Source of the DNA: Candidatus Helarchaeota archaeon
GTDB lineage: Archaea; Asgardarchaeota; Lokiarchaeia; Helarchaeales; RDOG01
Direction: 5' to 3'
DNA: 64,000 nucleotides
NCBI GenBank assembly: GCA_019058315.1
Contig: JAHPZH010000002.1
Coordinates: 1,037,910 to 1,101,909 of the forward strand
A program made the position numbers and the translations under genes. Below the pieces are notes generated by a model. It was not told the DNA's origin. It saw only the letters and a program-made list of their open reading frames with translations, and did not search any database. Within the stretch, counting starts at the first letter, position 1. Each line of letters starts with the position of its first letter. Below, piece after piece: positions 21,849 through 31,793 of this stretch.

Positions 21849-22124
21849 GTGATAGTTATGAGTGAAGATGAACAAGCAGTCAAACATGCGATTTTTTTAC
21901 TAAATCAAATAGTCAATGACAACTCCATTCCGCGAAATATTAGGCGAGCAGCAAACGAATCAGTAGAATTATTAGAAACCGGTAAAGATTCAATTGCCTC
22001 TCGTGCAATATCAGTTATTATGACGCTTGAAGACACCTCCCAGGATCCAAACTGTCCATCATATGCAAGGACTAAGATATTTAAAATACAATCTCTTTTA
22101 GCTCCCTTAAAGGATGATGTATAA
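21849..22124 (+). CDS. UPF0147 family protein
   Basis: IVNDNSIPRNIRRAA...LEDTSQDPNCPSYARTKIF signature; probable start ATG 21858 after GGTGA. Confidence 0.9.
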   Translation: MIVMSEDEQAVKHAIFLLNQIVNDNSIPRNIRRAANESVELLETGKDSIASRAISVIMTLEDTSQDPNCPSYARTKIFKIQSLLAPLKDDV

Positions 22125-22413
22125 TTAAATTTTCACCTCTTTCTCTTTAATATTTTTAAATTATTTCAATTTATATTTTCAACTTATTATGGAATCTTAT
22201 ATTATCAAATCAAATTATATCATGATATAATAAAAGAAAAAGATGGGAGGTTTAAATTAACTCAAGGAATAGATTTACAAATGTTATTTTTTTTGTTTTG
22301 GCAAAGGACAAACTAGATGCTTTAATAATATATTTTCTGCCTTGAAAAATAATAGTTTTTTGATTTTTAATCTTGTGTAATTTGTCCATTTTACTCATTT
22401 GTCAATCTCTCGA

Positions 22414-23070
22414 TTATGTTATTGTCTTTAACCTACTTTCAATTTTTTGAATAACCTCTTCCAAATAGGAACTTAATGAGGAATCTTCTAATTTATCTGA
22501 TACTTCTTTTAAAGTATTAACTATGGCTAAAGCTTGTTCAAATTCTGAACTATCCAAATAGATTTTAGCTTTCTTAAATAATTCTTCAATTTCATTTGCA
22601 TACATTTGATCCTGAAATGATTTAAAAAGACCTGTGGAGGTAGCTTGTGTATCCCAATAATTAACAGTTTGTATTCTATCAATAATGTGATTTAAAATAG
22701 CTCTATATTTATCTATTTTACAAATAAAAGTCACCAAACGATTTGCATTCGTTATTTTTGCAGATAGAACTATCATTACTTTTTCTGCGACTTTGAAAAA
22801 TATCAATCTCTTTATTGGGATGGCAAACGCTCCCAAATCCATCAGTTCAAAGTTTGATTTTGTATATTCTTGAATATATTTGTAAAAATGATCAAGTTCA
22901 TTGTCGATATATTTCATATTTCCTTTATCATCACAAATAGCAACATAAATTCCTAAATTTCCTAACAAGGCGACTAATTCTTTTTTTATAGATTCTATAA
23001 TTAAATCAATTTTAGGTTTATTTTTATATGTATATTGAAACATTTCTAAAGAACGATTAATTTCTTCCAT
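22414..23070 (-). CDS. Hypothetical protein: roadblock/longin-like N-terminal domain plus C-terminal TPR-like helices
   Basis: N-terminal domain paralogous to 30796..31515; C-terminus ELFKKAKIYLDSSEFEQALAIV is TPR-like. Confidence 0.6.
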   Translation of the reverse strand: MEEINRSLEMFQYTYKNKPKIDLIIESIKKELVALLGNLGIYVAICDDKGNMKYIDNELDHFYKYIQEYTKSNFELMDLGAFAIPIKRLIFFKVAEKVMIVLSAKITNANRLVTFICKIDKYRAILNHIIDRIQTVNYWDTQATSTGLFKSFQDQMYANEIEELFKKAKIYLDSSEFEQALAIVNTLKEVSDKLEDSSLSSYLEEVIQKIESRLKTIT

Positions 23071-23132
23071 TTTTTTACCAACCTTTTATTATTTACAAAA
23101 AAAAAGGAAATTATAGATGAAATTTCGATAGT

Positions 23133-24632
23133 TTATTCATGTCGTCCACAGAAAAATACCCTTATACCGAATGCCACTGCATATGATGTTTCCGTTCTGT
23201 AGATGAATAGAAATATTCTACCAAGATCACCCTTTCCAAAATAAAATTCGAAACAATCTGTCTTATATTGTTCAATAATATCCCAAGATGCTTTTTGATC
23301 ACAAATTTCTAATTTAATCGAGTCTTCTAAGAGGGATAAGGTACCTTCCCCTCGATATCTTTGCCAACCGATTCGAAGTCTACCAAATCCCTCGAAATCT
23401 TCATTCTTGGAATTTATCCAACCGTTTTCTTCCATAAATGGGTAATTATCATAACTTGTTTGTGGCCAGGATAAATCAGTATCTCCTATACCATCTTCAG
23501 CAATTGAATGTTTATCCATTCCGCTTCCATCATCAAGTCCGATATAATCGGACCAATAATTTCCTTCTAGCAAATCTGGATGATACCAATAGTTTTCTGA
23601 TGGGTTACGATCCGATACTTGGTTTGTATTATTTATTAAATTATTATGATAAATGAGATTATTTGTCGAAAATGATAGTTCGATGCCTAAAAGAGAATTT
23701 TTTACAATAGAATTTTCAAATATAGTGTTGTTTGAAGTATAAGTGGCACGAATACCATAGCGATTGTTTGTGATATAGTTTTCAGTTATTATATTATTTG
23801 AATCTTGAGTTATCATTAAACCAAACCAACCAGATTCAGATATTTCGTTTCTAATTATTTTATTGTTTGAAGAATAAGGGCATGATATTCCATAATATTG
23901 GTTACCTGTAATATTATTTCCAGTTATAATATTGCCTGAAGAAGACCAGAGCATGATGCCATAAAGCCATCCTTTAATTACAACATTTTTAATGGTAACG
24001 TTACTACGATCATACAAATAGATACCATAAGGACCAGAATCTTGTAGCGTATAACCGTTTCCATCTATTACTATGTTATCTGCAACTACATAAATTGATT
24101 CAAAGATATCTTGAGTAAAAGTATAATCAGATGAAATATAGATGGTTGATGGCTCTTCTTTAATGTAAATATGATGTGGCTTACTAATATCTTGAGTATA
24201 GCTATATTCTCCATCTGAATCCGTTGTTATTGTTCCGATAAACTGATCATCTTGATACATATAATATGTTGTAATGGGTTCAAAGCCAGAAATGGTTATT
24301 AAAGTTGAGGTTGCTGAGTTTTTACTTTCTATAATGAAACTAATCAATCTTGGAATGGATTCCAAGCGAATTTGAACTGATTCGCTGCTACTTAAAATAA
24401 TATTATGGTATTTACTGTCAGTTAATTCAAAACAAGTTCCTGTTGCTTCTACAAACCATTCACCTTTTACAACCTCTGAATGAGATAATTTTCTGATTGA
24501 TGTCTGTAAGAGTTGTGGGAGATAAGTCATTTGTGCTGTTCTTGTACCAATGGTTGCTGATAAGGGTATTATTATTGAAACCGCTAGGAGCAAACATATG
24601 GCAAATTTCTTTCCTTTTTTGCTATTTTTCAA
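23133..24632 (-). CDS. Secreted right-handed beta-helix (NosD/CASH-like) protein
   Basis: Signal peptide; parallel beta-helix repeats GIxLxxSxxNxIxxNxI; YHNNLINN...GNYWSDY...DGIGD motif. Confidence 0.88.
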   Translation of the reverse strand: MKNSKKGKKFAICLLLAVSIIIPLSATIGTRTAQMTYLPQLLQTSIRKLSHSEVVKGEWFVEATGTCFELTDSKYHNIILSSSESVQIRLESIPRLISFIIESKNSATSTLITISGFEPITTYYMYQDDQFIGTITTDSDGEYSYTQDISKPHHIYIKEEPSTIYISSDYTFTQDIFESIYVVADNIVIDGNGYTLQDSGPYGIYLYDRSNVTIKNVVIKGWLYGIMLWSSSGNIITGNNITGNQYYGISCPYSSNNKIIRNEISESGWFGLMITQDSNNIITENYITNNRYGIRATYTSNNTIFENSIVKNSLLGIELSFSTNNLIYHNNLINNTNQVSDRNPSENYWYHPDLLEGNYWSDYIGLDDGSGMDKHSIAEDGIGDTDLSWPQTSYDNYPFMEENGWINSKNEDFEGFGRLRIGWQRYRGEGTLSLLEDSIKLEICDQKASWDIIEQYKTDCFEFYFGKGDLGRIFLFIYRTETSYAVAFGIRVFFCGRHE

Positions 24633-25172
24633 CCTTTCTTATCTCCATTTTTTGGGTATTTTATCATCACGCCCCTCCTCGGCGCTCGTAATAAAATATA
24701 AATATTCCTAATTTTTTTAATGCTCTATTCAATTTTTTTATGTCCTTTTTAGAAATAACAGATTTTTTAGATTCAATCTCTGAAATATCTCGAATTAGCT
24801 TTTTAGAACTTTTGACTTTATCCATTTAATAACCAACTTTTCAAAATTCAGCAAAAATTTTATTTTATTTGTAGGATAAAAAAATTTGAATTTCACAAAA
24901 AATCATGAATATATTGCGATGATCTTCAGATCATCAAGTTGTTATAACAAATATCGCAATTAATAAAACTTATAAATGTAAAAATCGCAAAAAATGTTTT
25001 TTTTTTTGTAAAAATTAACATAAAGATATTTAATTTATAAGTAAAATTAGAAGATTATTTTATGAATAAGAAATAAAATTGAGGGTTATTTTATTTCTAA
25101 TATATAGCGCGTTTGTTATTTATAGAAATTTTGGCTCCAAATAATACTGATTATTTTTTGAATAATATTATG

Positions 25173-25255
25173 ATTGCAAATTTGCAAAACTAAAAAAAAA
25201 TTAAAAATTAGCGTTAATTGGTATTGCAAATTTGCAAAGTTAAAAAAAAATTAAA
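25173..25255. repeat. Two 33-bp direct repeats (31/33 identical, 50-bp period), each with the perfect palindrome TTGCAAATTTGCAA and an A9 run
   Basis: Copies at 25173-25205 and 25223-25255; palindromes at 25174-25187 and 25224-25237. Confidence 0.8.
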
Positions 25256-25332
25256 CCATATTGCATTTGTATTAATGTAAATTTAGAAAAATAGAGTAGA
25301 ATTAAGATATGAGTTTTACTATTTTCACCAAA

Positions 25333-26082
25333 TTAAATTTGAATTTGCATCATATCGTGAGGAATAATAACTTCTCCTTTGAAATGTTTTTTAGCTTCTT
25401 CACCTAAAAGATCTTCCCGTCCCTCAAGTTGTGGCATAAAATGAAATAATACTAATTTTTTTACACTTGCACTAGTAGCTATTTTTGCAGCATCTATAGG
25501 AGTAGAATGATAATATTTATGAGCCCATTCGGCATAACTTTCAGGCATAGAAGCTTCGTGCATTAAAATATCACAGTTGAAAGCAAATTTGGAAATTTTT
25601 TCAAGAGGGATGGTATCAGTACAATAACAGACACTTTTATCTCTATCTATTCTATATGCAAAGGTATCTATATGGTGGACTACTTTTAGCGCAGATATTT
25701 CTCCCAGGACAATTTTTTCTTCACCTTTAATTTTAGTATATTTAATTTCATAATTAAATGCATCTCTGGGAGTATGGGTTAATTTCAAAAATCCTTCTAT
25801 AACCTTTTCTACTTCAATGGGACCAATAATTTCTAGTGGTCGTTTTCTTTCTTCCACTAGCCATAGTCTCCATAAAAGAGTGACAATCCCCATAATATGG
25901 TCTGCATGTACATGTGAAAATATAATTTTTTCTAATTCTTTCAGATGTCCAACAACTTCAAGTATTTTTCGGGTAGTTCCTTCTGCACAGTCCATTAAAA
26001 TATCGTTATCTATTAAAAAAGAGGGAGTTCCTCTCGTTCTAGATACTGTGCTTCCCGATGTTCCTAAAATAGTTATTTTCAA
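25333..26082 (-). CDS. rnz: Ribonuclease Z-like metallo-beta-lactamase
   Basis: MKITILGTSGS...DCAEG...SHVHADHIMG...TDT...HEA...HST...LFH motifs. Confidence 0.8.
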   Translation of the reverse strand: MKITILGTSGSTVSRTRGTPSFLIDNDILMDCAEGTTRKILEVVGHLKELEKIIFSHVHADHIMGIVTLLWRLWLVEERKRPLEIIGPIEVEKVIEGFLKLTHTPRDAFNYEIKYTKIKGEEKIVLGEISALKVVHHIDTFAYRIDRDKSVCYCTDTIPLEKISKFAFNCDILMHEASMPESYAEWAHKYYHSTPIDAAKIATSASVKKLVLFHFMPQLEGREDLLGEEAKKHFKGEVIIPHDMMQIQI

Positions 26083-27539
26083 TTAACTAAAACTCCACTT
26101 ATGTCAAATACACAATTAAGATCAATGGAATATAGCAGCATTAAATTATCAGAATCTTGTGTTAGATTATTATATTTTTTGACGCTTTTAGGCTCAGCTC
26201 CGATGGATAAATAATATTGATATGGGCTTAATAGACTCATTAGATTAAAGGATAGGTATCTAGGATTCATATCAAGAATATAAATAGTATTTATATCGTA
26301 ATCCTGAAACATTAGAAGTCTCAAATTCTGTCGAATTTCTTGTTCAGCAAAACCAAAATATTGGGGACCGAAACAAGGTAGATAAACAATATAAACACTT
26401 TTTTTCGTTGATTTTGGTGTCATTAATGCGATTTGTATAGAAATATTTTCCATTGAATTTCCCATCACTTTGTATATATTCTTGCTATATTGTAAATAAA
26501 ATGAAGAGCCAAAAATTAATCCGGAAATAGTAAATAGTAAAAAAATAGTCTTTTTTCTTCTAAAATCAATTTGTTTTAGCCATGGTATAATTTTTAGGTC
26601 ATATTTATCAAGAAAAAGTAAAATTAATAAGAACGAATAAGCAACACAAGAAAAATAAAAGATTCGACTCGTTCTATGAAATATAAGCGGAACTGTATAG
26701 ATTAAAGCAAACAAAATTGTGAATTTTTTAGAGGAATTATCAATTTTTTTCATCCATAAGTATAAAGGTATTAAAAAAATTAACCCAGCTATAATAATAA
26801 CCAATCTTAAGGGGTCTAAAAAGCTTTGAATTGTAGAAAATAATCGATTTGTAGCTAAGCGAATATATATGAATAAAGCTACGATTGGTAAAAAATGCAC
26901 ATATTTGATGGCTCTCTCTTTTACAAATAATTTGATGCTCTCGGATTCAGTTAGTTCAAAAAATCCATATAAGGGAATTAAAAATAGAGCAGTTTCTTTC
27001 GACAAAACACTAAAGTTTACAAATACTACTGAAATTAGAAAATCCCTAATATTTTCTGTCTTTAAATATTTTAAAAAATAATAAATACTGATTAATCCAA
27101 AAGTAACGAAAAATAATTCAAAATAAGTCGCAATCCAGAAAAAAATTTCATAATAAATTGGAGAAAGAAGCAGCATTATAGAAATGGATAGTAATGGAGA
27201 AAGCTGCCTCTCAAAGAGTCTAGTTGCAACTAAATAAATTAAAAAAAGATTGATTATAATCATAATCATAGAGACTAAACGAAAAGGAAATGGAGCATTT
27301 CCAAAAATAAGGTAAAGTACCTCCATTAATAAAATAGGAATTGGTCTGTAATATTTTCCATTAAAATCATGCAATAAATTATAGTATGGGTTAACCAATG
27401 TATCGAAAAAGAAAGTTAATTCATCACTGAAGAAATAAATATTGAAATAATCTATAAAAATTAAAAAATTAATACCTATACTTAATATAATTACGAAAAT
27501 ATTATTTTTATCCTTTAAGCAATTTAGAATTTCGGTAAT
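26079..27539 (-). CDS. GT-C fold membrane glycosyltransferase (PMT/GT39-like); N-terminus extended beyond the ORF-track start at 27398
   Basis: YYRPI and LSKETA motifs and ~11 TM. Frame stays open upstream to ATT 27539 and contains a TM plus YFFSDE, the conserved acidic loop motif. Confidence 0.7.
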   Translation of the reverse strand: MTEILNCLKDKNNIFVIILSIGINFLIFIDYFNIYFFSDELTFFFDTLVNPYYNLLHDFNGKYYRPIPILLMEVLYLIFGNAPFPFRLVSMIMIIINLFLIYLVATRLFERQLSPLLSISIMLLLSPIYYEIFFWIATYFELFFVTFGLISIYYFLKYLKTENIRDFLISVVFVNFSVLSKETALFLIPLYGFFELTESESIKLFVKERAIKYVHFLPIVALFIYIRLATNRLFSTIQSFLDPLRLVIIIAGLIFLIPLYLWMKKIDNSSKKFTILFALIYTVPLIFHRTSRIFYFSCVAYSFLLILLFLDKYDLKIIPWLKQIDFRRKKTIFLLFTISGLIFGSSFYLQYSKNIYKVMGNSMENISIQIALMTPKSTKKSVYIVYLPCFGPQYFGFAEQEIRQNLRLLMFQDYDINTIYILDMNPRYLSFNLMSLLSPYQYYLSIGAEPKSVKKYNNLTQDSDNLMLLYSIDLNCVFDISGVLVN

Positions 27540-27676
27540 TTGCTTCTCCTCTTTTCATTAAATATATTATAAACTTTAAAATTGGATTATTTTTTTAATT
27601 TTTCTGATTATTATAAACTTAAAGGATTATTTTTTATTAATAGAAATAATAGTTCTAAAAGGAGCTACTGATTTTC

Positions 27677-28453
27677 ATGCCTGTAATTACATGTGTAAAT
27701 CAACCAATTAGATACGAGAAATGGGGTGTAAAAACTAGTCTTCCACCTATAATATTTTTACATGGTTGGAATAATAATGTAACTGGTTGGTATAAACAAA
27801 TTCCATTCTTTAAAAAAATTACTGAAGTTTTTGCTTATGATCAAATAGGTCATGGAAAAAGTTCTAGATCACGAGATATAGATTATTCGATGGATTTTAT
27901 GGAAGCTGTTTTATATCAATTTATTAAAAAATTGAAAATAAATAAACCTGTTATTGTAGGACATTCCATGGGAGGTATGTTAACTCAATATTTCGCTTTA
28001 AAACATCCAGATCTTATATCAAAAATAATATTACTATGCACAACTTCTGGTTTATCAAGGCCCTACAAAAGAGCTCCTTTATTTATATATCCTATTGCAA
28101 AAATATTATCAAAATTATTCAAACCAATACAATACTTTATGAATAGCTTTCCTCATAAATCTCTAACAAAGAAAGAGGCTCAAAATGATTTTAAACGAGC
28201 TGTAGCCACTGATCCTTATGGGTCCTTTAAAATTATAGGGTCAATCCTCAGTTTTTCTATTATTAAGGAAGCCAATAATATCAAAAATGATATACTTTTC
28301 ATTACAGGAACCTATGATATGTTCACAGATCAAATTCCTTTCTATCAAAAATTAGGGGCAACTGTAAAATTAATTAAAAACGGAGAACACAATTTACATG
28401 GACATTTTCATGAAGAAGTTAATCAGATTATGTATGAATTCATTAAAAGTTAA
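27677..28453 (+). CDS. Alpha/beta hydrolase
   Basis: FLHGW, DQIGHGKS, GHSMGG nucleophile elbow, C-terminal His. Confidence 0.92.
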   Translation: MPVITCVNQPIRYEKWGVKTSLPPIIFLHGWNNNVTGWYKQIPFFKKITEVFAYDQIGHGKSSRSRDIDYSMDFMEAVLYQFIKKLKINKPVIVGHSMGGMLTQYFALKHPDLISKIILLCTTSGLSRPYKRAPLFIYPIAKILSKLFKPIQYFMNSFPHKSLTKKEAQNDFKRAVATDPYGSFKIIGSILSFSIIKEANNIKNDILFITGTYDMFTDQIPFYQKLGATVKLIKNGEHNLHGHFHEEVNQIMYEFIKS

Positions 28454-28512
28454 TAAAATGGGAGAGGAAATAATTAAATTCGAATATATCTTACCCGAAA
28501 AAAATTCTTATT

Positions 28513-29679
28513 GTGGGTTTTAATTCACGTCCACTAGTTTTATCCGCTCTGAAGTTTGGATTAGATGTAGTTGCTATAGATTATTGGGGAGATCAAGATC
28601 TAAAAAATAAGATTAAAAATCTAATTGTAATAAAAGATAGAATGGCAAAAACAGATGTAGATACATCGGAATTATTAATTTCTGCTGCAAGAGATGCTTT
28701 TAAAGAATTCCCTAATCTTGAGGGAATTCTTGTAGGCAGTGGTCTTGATGATCGGTCTGATCTTTGGGGAAAATTAAATAATTTAGCACCAGTTTTTGGA
28801 AATACACCTATTGCAATAAAAGAAGTTAGAAATGTTCTTAATTTATTTAAGGAAGCAAGAAAGAAAAAGATCTCATGTCCATTCACTCAATTAGTATCTA
28901 CCTTAACGGAGGCCAAAACAATAGGTAAGGATATAAATTTCCCTCTAATATTAAAACCCTTTAGTGGAGGAGGAGGAATTAATATAAGAATTGCTTATAA
29001 TACAGATGATTTAGAGTCAAAATACTTAGAAATAAGTCAATTAACTAAAAATAACCGAGTCTATCTTCAGGAATTCATCGAAGGTCAAGATATTAGTACT
29101 ATGGTCTTATCAACAGGGAAAGAAAGTAAAGTAATATCTTTAAATGAACAACTAATTGGATTAAATGAAGTTAATTCCCCTTCAACCTTTACTTATTGCG
29201 GAAACATTATACCATTAGATACAACTAAAGAAGCAACACAAAATATAGAAGAGAGTTCTTTAAAATTAGCTCAATTATTTAAATTAAAAGGTATTAACGG
29301 TATAGATTTCGTCTTAAAAGATAATAATCCCTATTTAATGGAAATAAATCCTAGATTTCCAGGGACATTTGAATTGTTAGAAAATATATTAGAAACAAAT
29401 TTATTGAACATACATTTAGATGCTTGTTTTGGTATCTTACCCACTAAATCTTATCCGTATCTTAAATATGGTATAAAAATGGTAGTTTTTTCTAGGGAGA
29501 ATTATACATTACCTGATTTATCCTATATGAAAGATATTTACGATATCCCATTTCCAGGAACAATTGCAAACACAGGTTCGCCTATATGCACAGTTCAAAT
29601 ATTTGGAAAAAATAAAAAAACCATAATGGAAAAAGGTTTGAAAAAAATTAATGAAATTTATTCCAAATGTTCAGAATAA
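28513..29679 (+). CDS. ATP-grasp domain protein (COG2232-like); true start lies upstream
   Basis: DYWGDQDL, LKPFSGGGG, LQEFIEG, GIDF, EINPRFPGT, GSPICTV; in-frame KKILIV precedes the GTG. Confidence 0.85.
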   Translation: MGFNSRPLVLSALKFGLDVVAIDYWGDQDLKNKIKNLIVIKDRMAKTDVDTSELLISAARDAFKEFPNLEGILVGSGLDDRSDLWGKLNNLAPVFGNTPIAIKEVRNVLNLFKEARKKKISCPFTQLVSTLTEAKTIGKDINFPLILKPFSGGGGINIRIAYNTDDLESKYLEISQLTKNNRVYLQEFIEGQDISTMVLSTGKESKVISLNEQLIGLNEVNSPSTFTYCGNIIPLDTTKEATQNIEESSLKLAQLFKLKGINGIDFVLKDNNPYLMEINPRFPGTFELLENILETNLLNIHLDACFGILPTKSYPYLKYGIKMVVFSRENYTLPDLSYMKDIYDIPFPGTIANTGSPICTVQIFGKNKKTIMEKGLKKINEIYSKCSE

Positions 29680-29693
29680 CGTCCCCTCTTGGT

Positions 29694-30203
29694 TTAGGGA
29701 GTAGTTACATTAACCCAAAAATGGTTCCACATACCTGAATATACAAATTCATGGATTAATGGAACATATTTCCAAAGTTCGAATATTATTTTGGTTTTAT
29801 TAATGGCCTCTGGAATTTTAAACCGCATTTTGTGAAAGATAAATAATTCATTTAGTAAAATACAATCAAAATGAGTAAGCTCCTTTGCGTTTTTACTAGG
29901 ATGGAACAGACTATTGGTCGTATTTTCATCACCATATTTAACAATAACACGATAATAATAAATCATATCTTCCTGATTTACCACACTTACTGTAAAATTT
30001 ACAGTTTTGTTAACACCAATGATTTTTGGATAATGAGTTGTACCCCCAGAAGCGTCTAGTACACCAATTGAGGAAAAACGTTGGACAGGATAAGTTATAA
30101 TTGCATAGACATTAAAACCAACAACGATTCCTAGTGCGATTAAAACTGGAATTAAGTATATTTTAAAATGGGATTTTGAAATGTCTTTTTCGTTATTACT
30201 CAT
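29694..30203 (-). CDS. DUF1616-like membrane-anchored protein
   Basis: N-terminal TM, FSSIGVLD...YPK...VVNQE...KIIFELW...HFWVNVT. Confidence 0.7.
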   Translation of the reverse strand: MSNNEKDISKSHFKIYLIPVLIALGIVVGFNVYAIITYPVQRFSSIGVLDASGGTTHYPKIIGVNKTVNFTVSVVNQEDMIYYYRVIVKYGDENTTNSLFHPSKNAKELTHFDCILLNELFIFHKMRFKIPEAINKTKIIFELWKYVPLIHEFVYSGMWNHFWVNVTTP

Positions 30204-30217
30204 TTTGTGACCTTAAT

Positions 30218-30823
30218 TTATTTATTTGATATTACTATTTTCTTCTTCAAAAGATCTTTTTCATCTTTCTTTCGATGATAAGATTTTTTGGCATAGTAAA
30301 TTAATATAATTCCTATAAAGATAGAGATGATGATGATCGTTACATAGATTGGTATCACAATAGATGTGAATTCTTTATTTGAAACCGATTCGAAACCTTT
30401 GATTAAACTTAAAGGAAGAATGCCTTCTGCGATAGAATAGGCTTTTTTTGCGTAACTAATTGCTATTGTATAATTTGAAGTAGAAAATGCGGATTCTGCC
30501 TTATTTAAATAGTATATAGCATTCGCAAGACCAACATATAAAAACAAAATATCCCCTTGATTTAATTCAGTACCTACAAGTATCTCAAAATTCGCAAAAA
30601 TAAGATCTTCGGCATGTGTTATATTATCTACAGCGTTATCTTCGTCATCTAGAGCACATAAATTATGCGGATTTTTTTTATATCTCATATTAAAGATGAA
30701 ATTTTGAGAAGTAGAAGTATAAAAACTAATAAAAACACAAATTATTATAAATGAAACTGCTGCCAATTTAATTTTCATGTATTTCACAATTTGGGCTATT
30801 TCTTGTGAATTATTTCGATCCAA
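30218..30823 (-). CDS. Hypothetical membrane protein (signal/TM, helical ectodomain, C-terminal TM)
   Basis: Two hydrophobic segments and a basic tail; real start probably ATG ~30778 (MKIKLAAV), which avoids overlap with the upstream gene. Confidence 0.65.
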   Translation of the reverse strand: MDRNNSQEIAQIVKYMKIKLAAVSFIIICVFISFYTSTSQNFIFNMRYKKNPHNLCALDDEDNAVDNITHAEDLIFANFEILVGTELNQGDILFLYVGLANAIYYLNKAESAFSTSNYTIAISYAKKAYSIAEGILPLSLIKGFESVSNKEFTSIVIPIYVTIIIISIFIGIILIYYAKKSYHRKKDEKDLLKKKIVISNK

Positions 30824-31515
30824 CCTTTCTTTTCGTACTTATCAATGATATCTCTTACTTCTGCGACTGGGAAATTACATTTCTCGCTTATATCTTCAAG
30901 GCTATTTTTACCATCTGCATATTGTAAACAAAGCCCTTCATTAAACGCGAACTTCTTCTTAGAATATTTAGGGTCTAATAAGGGATATATTTCAGCAGGA
31001 GATAAAGTTTCCAGTGGTGATGGTGTTATTGCAGGTTCATTACTATTAACAGCTAGCGCTGGAACTGTTTCAACAGCTTTTACCTTCTTTAATCTTATAA
31101 TATCATATGCAATAGTTTCAAGTTCATAAATTTCTTGAAGTTTATTTAGTGCTTCATCTATATTACCAGTAAATGTATTGAGTAGCCCTCGATATGCAAG
31201 AAGGTTTCCGCTTTTTCCAGTAGGGGAGTATAAAACAAGCATAACTTTTTTTGAAATTTTAAAAAATCCTAAAAGAATCCCGCTTAATGGTATAGAATAT
31301 TGATTTATTTCTATAAGTGAAAAATTTGTTTCGACATAATCCTTAATATATTCTGCTCTATCTTGTTCTAATTCGGGATCTATATATTTGATATCGGCAA
31401 GATCATCAATAATTGCGATCTGGGTTTCGAGCTGAGGCAATAACGCTTTCATCTTACCTTTAAGCTCACTTACTACTTCTTTTAATGGGTTATATGACAA
31501 AATATTTCCTCTCAT
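30796..31515 (-). CDS. Roadblock/longin-like N-terminal domain plus C-terminal winged helix
   Basis: C-terminal LQYADGKNSLEDISEKCNFPVAEVRDIIDKYEKKGWI is wHTH-like; N-terminal domain paralogous to 22414..23070. Confidence 0.65.
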   Translation of the reverse strand: MRGNILSYNPLKEVVSELKGKMKALLPQLETQIAIIDDLADIKYIDPELEQDRAEYIKDYVETNFSLIEINQYSIPLSGILLGFFKISKKVMLVLYSPTGKSGNLLAYRGLLNTFTGNIDEALNKLQEIYELETIAYDIIRLKKVKAVETVPALAVNSNEPAITPSPLETLSPAEIYPLLDPKYSKKKFAFNEGLCLQYADGKNSLEDISEKCNFPVAEVRDIIDKYEKKGWIEIIHKK

Positions 31516-31793
31516 AGTTTATGATTAAAATAAATATTGCCTAATTTTCTTCACATTAAAAATATCTTAATATTTGATTTATATTAATTTCACACTTTTA
31601 AATTGTAAGTCTTTTTAAAGTATAAAAAACTGGTATAATTAAAAATTAAAAAAGTTTGAGGTATATAATTTCAATAATAATATTAAATGTCAATTGGAAA
31701 CATACATATTTAAATGTAGAAACTAAGAGAATGATGAGGATATAACTTTATATAATAATTTGAACTGATAAACAGCCATGGAAGCGAGCTGAT

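Noticed and set aside
25173-25255. Mini CRISPR array
   Set aside because: Only two copies with a 17-bp gap, poly-A content and no cas genes.
31731-31768. ATGATGA...CTGA resembling a C/D-box sRNA
   Set aside because: Too short, no internal D'/C' boxes, and it overlaps a TATA-like TTTATATA upstream of the next gene.
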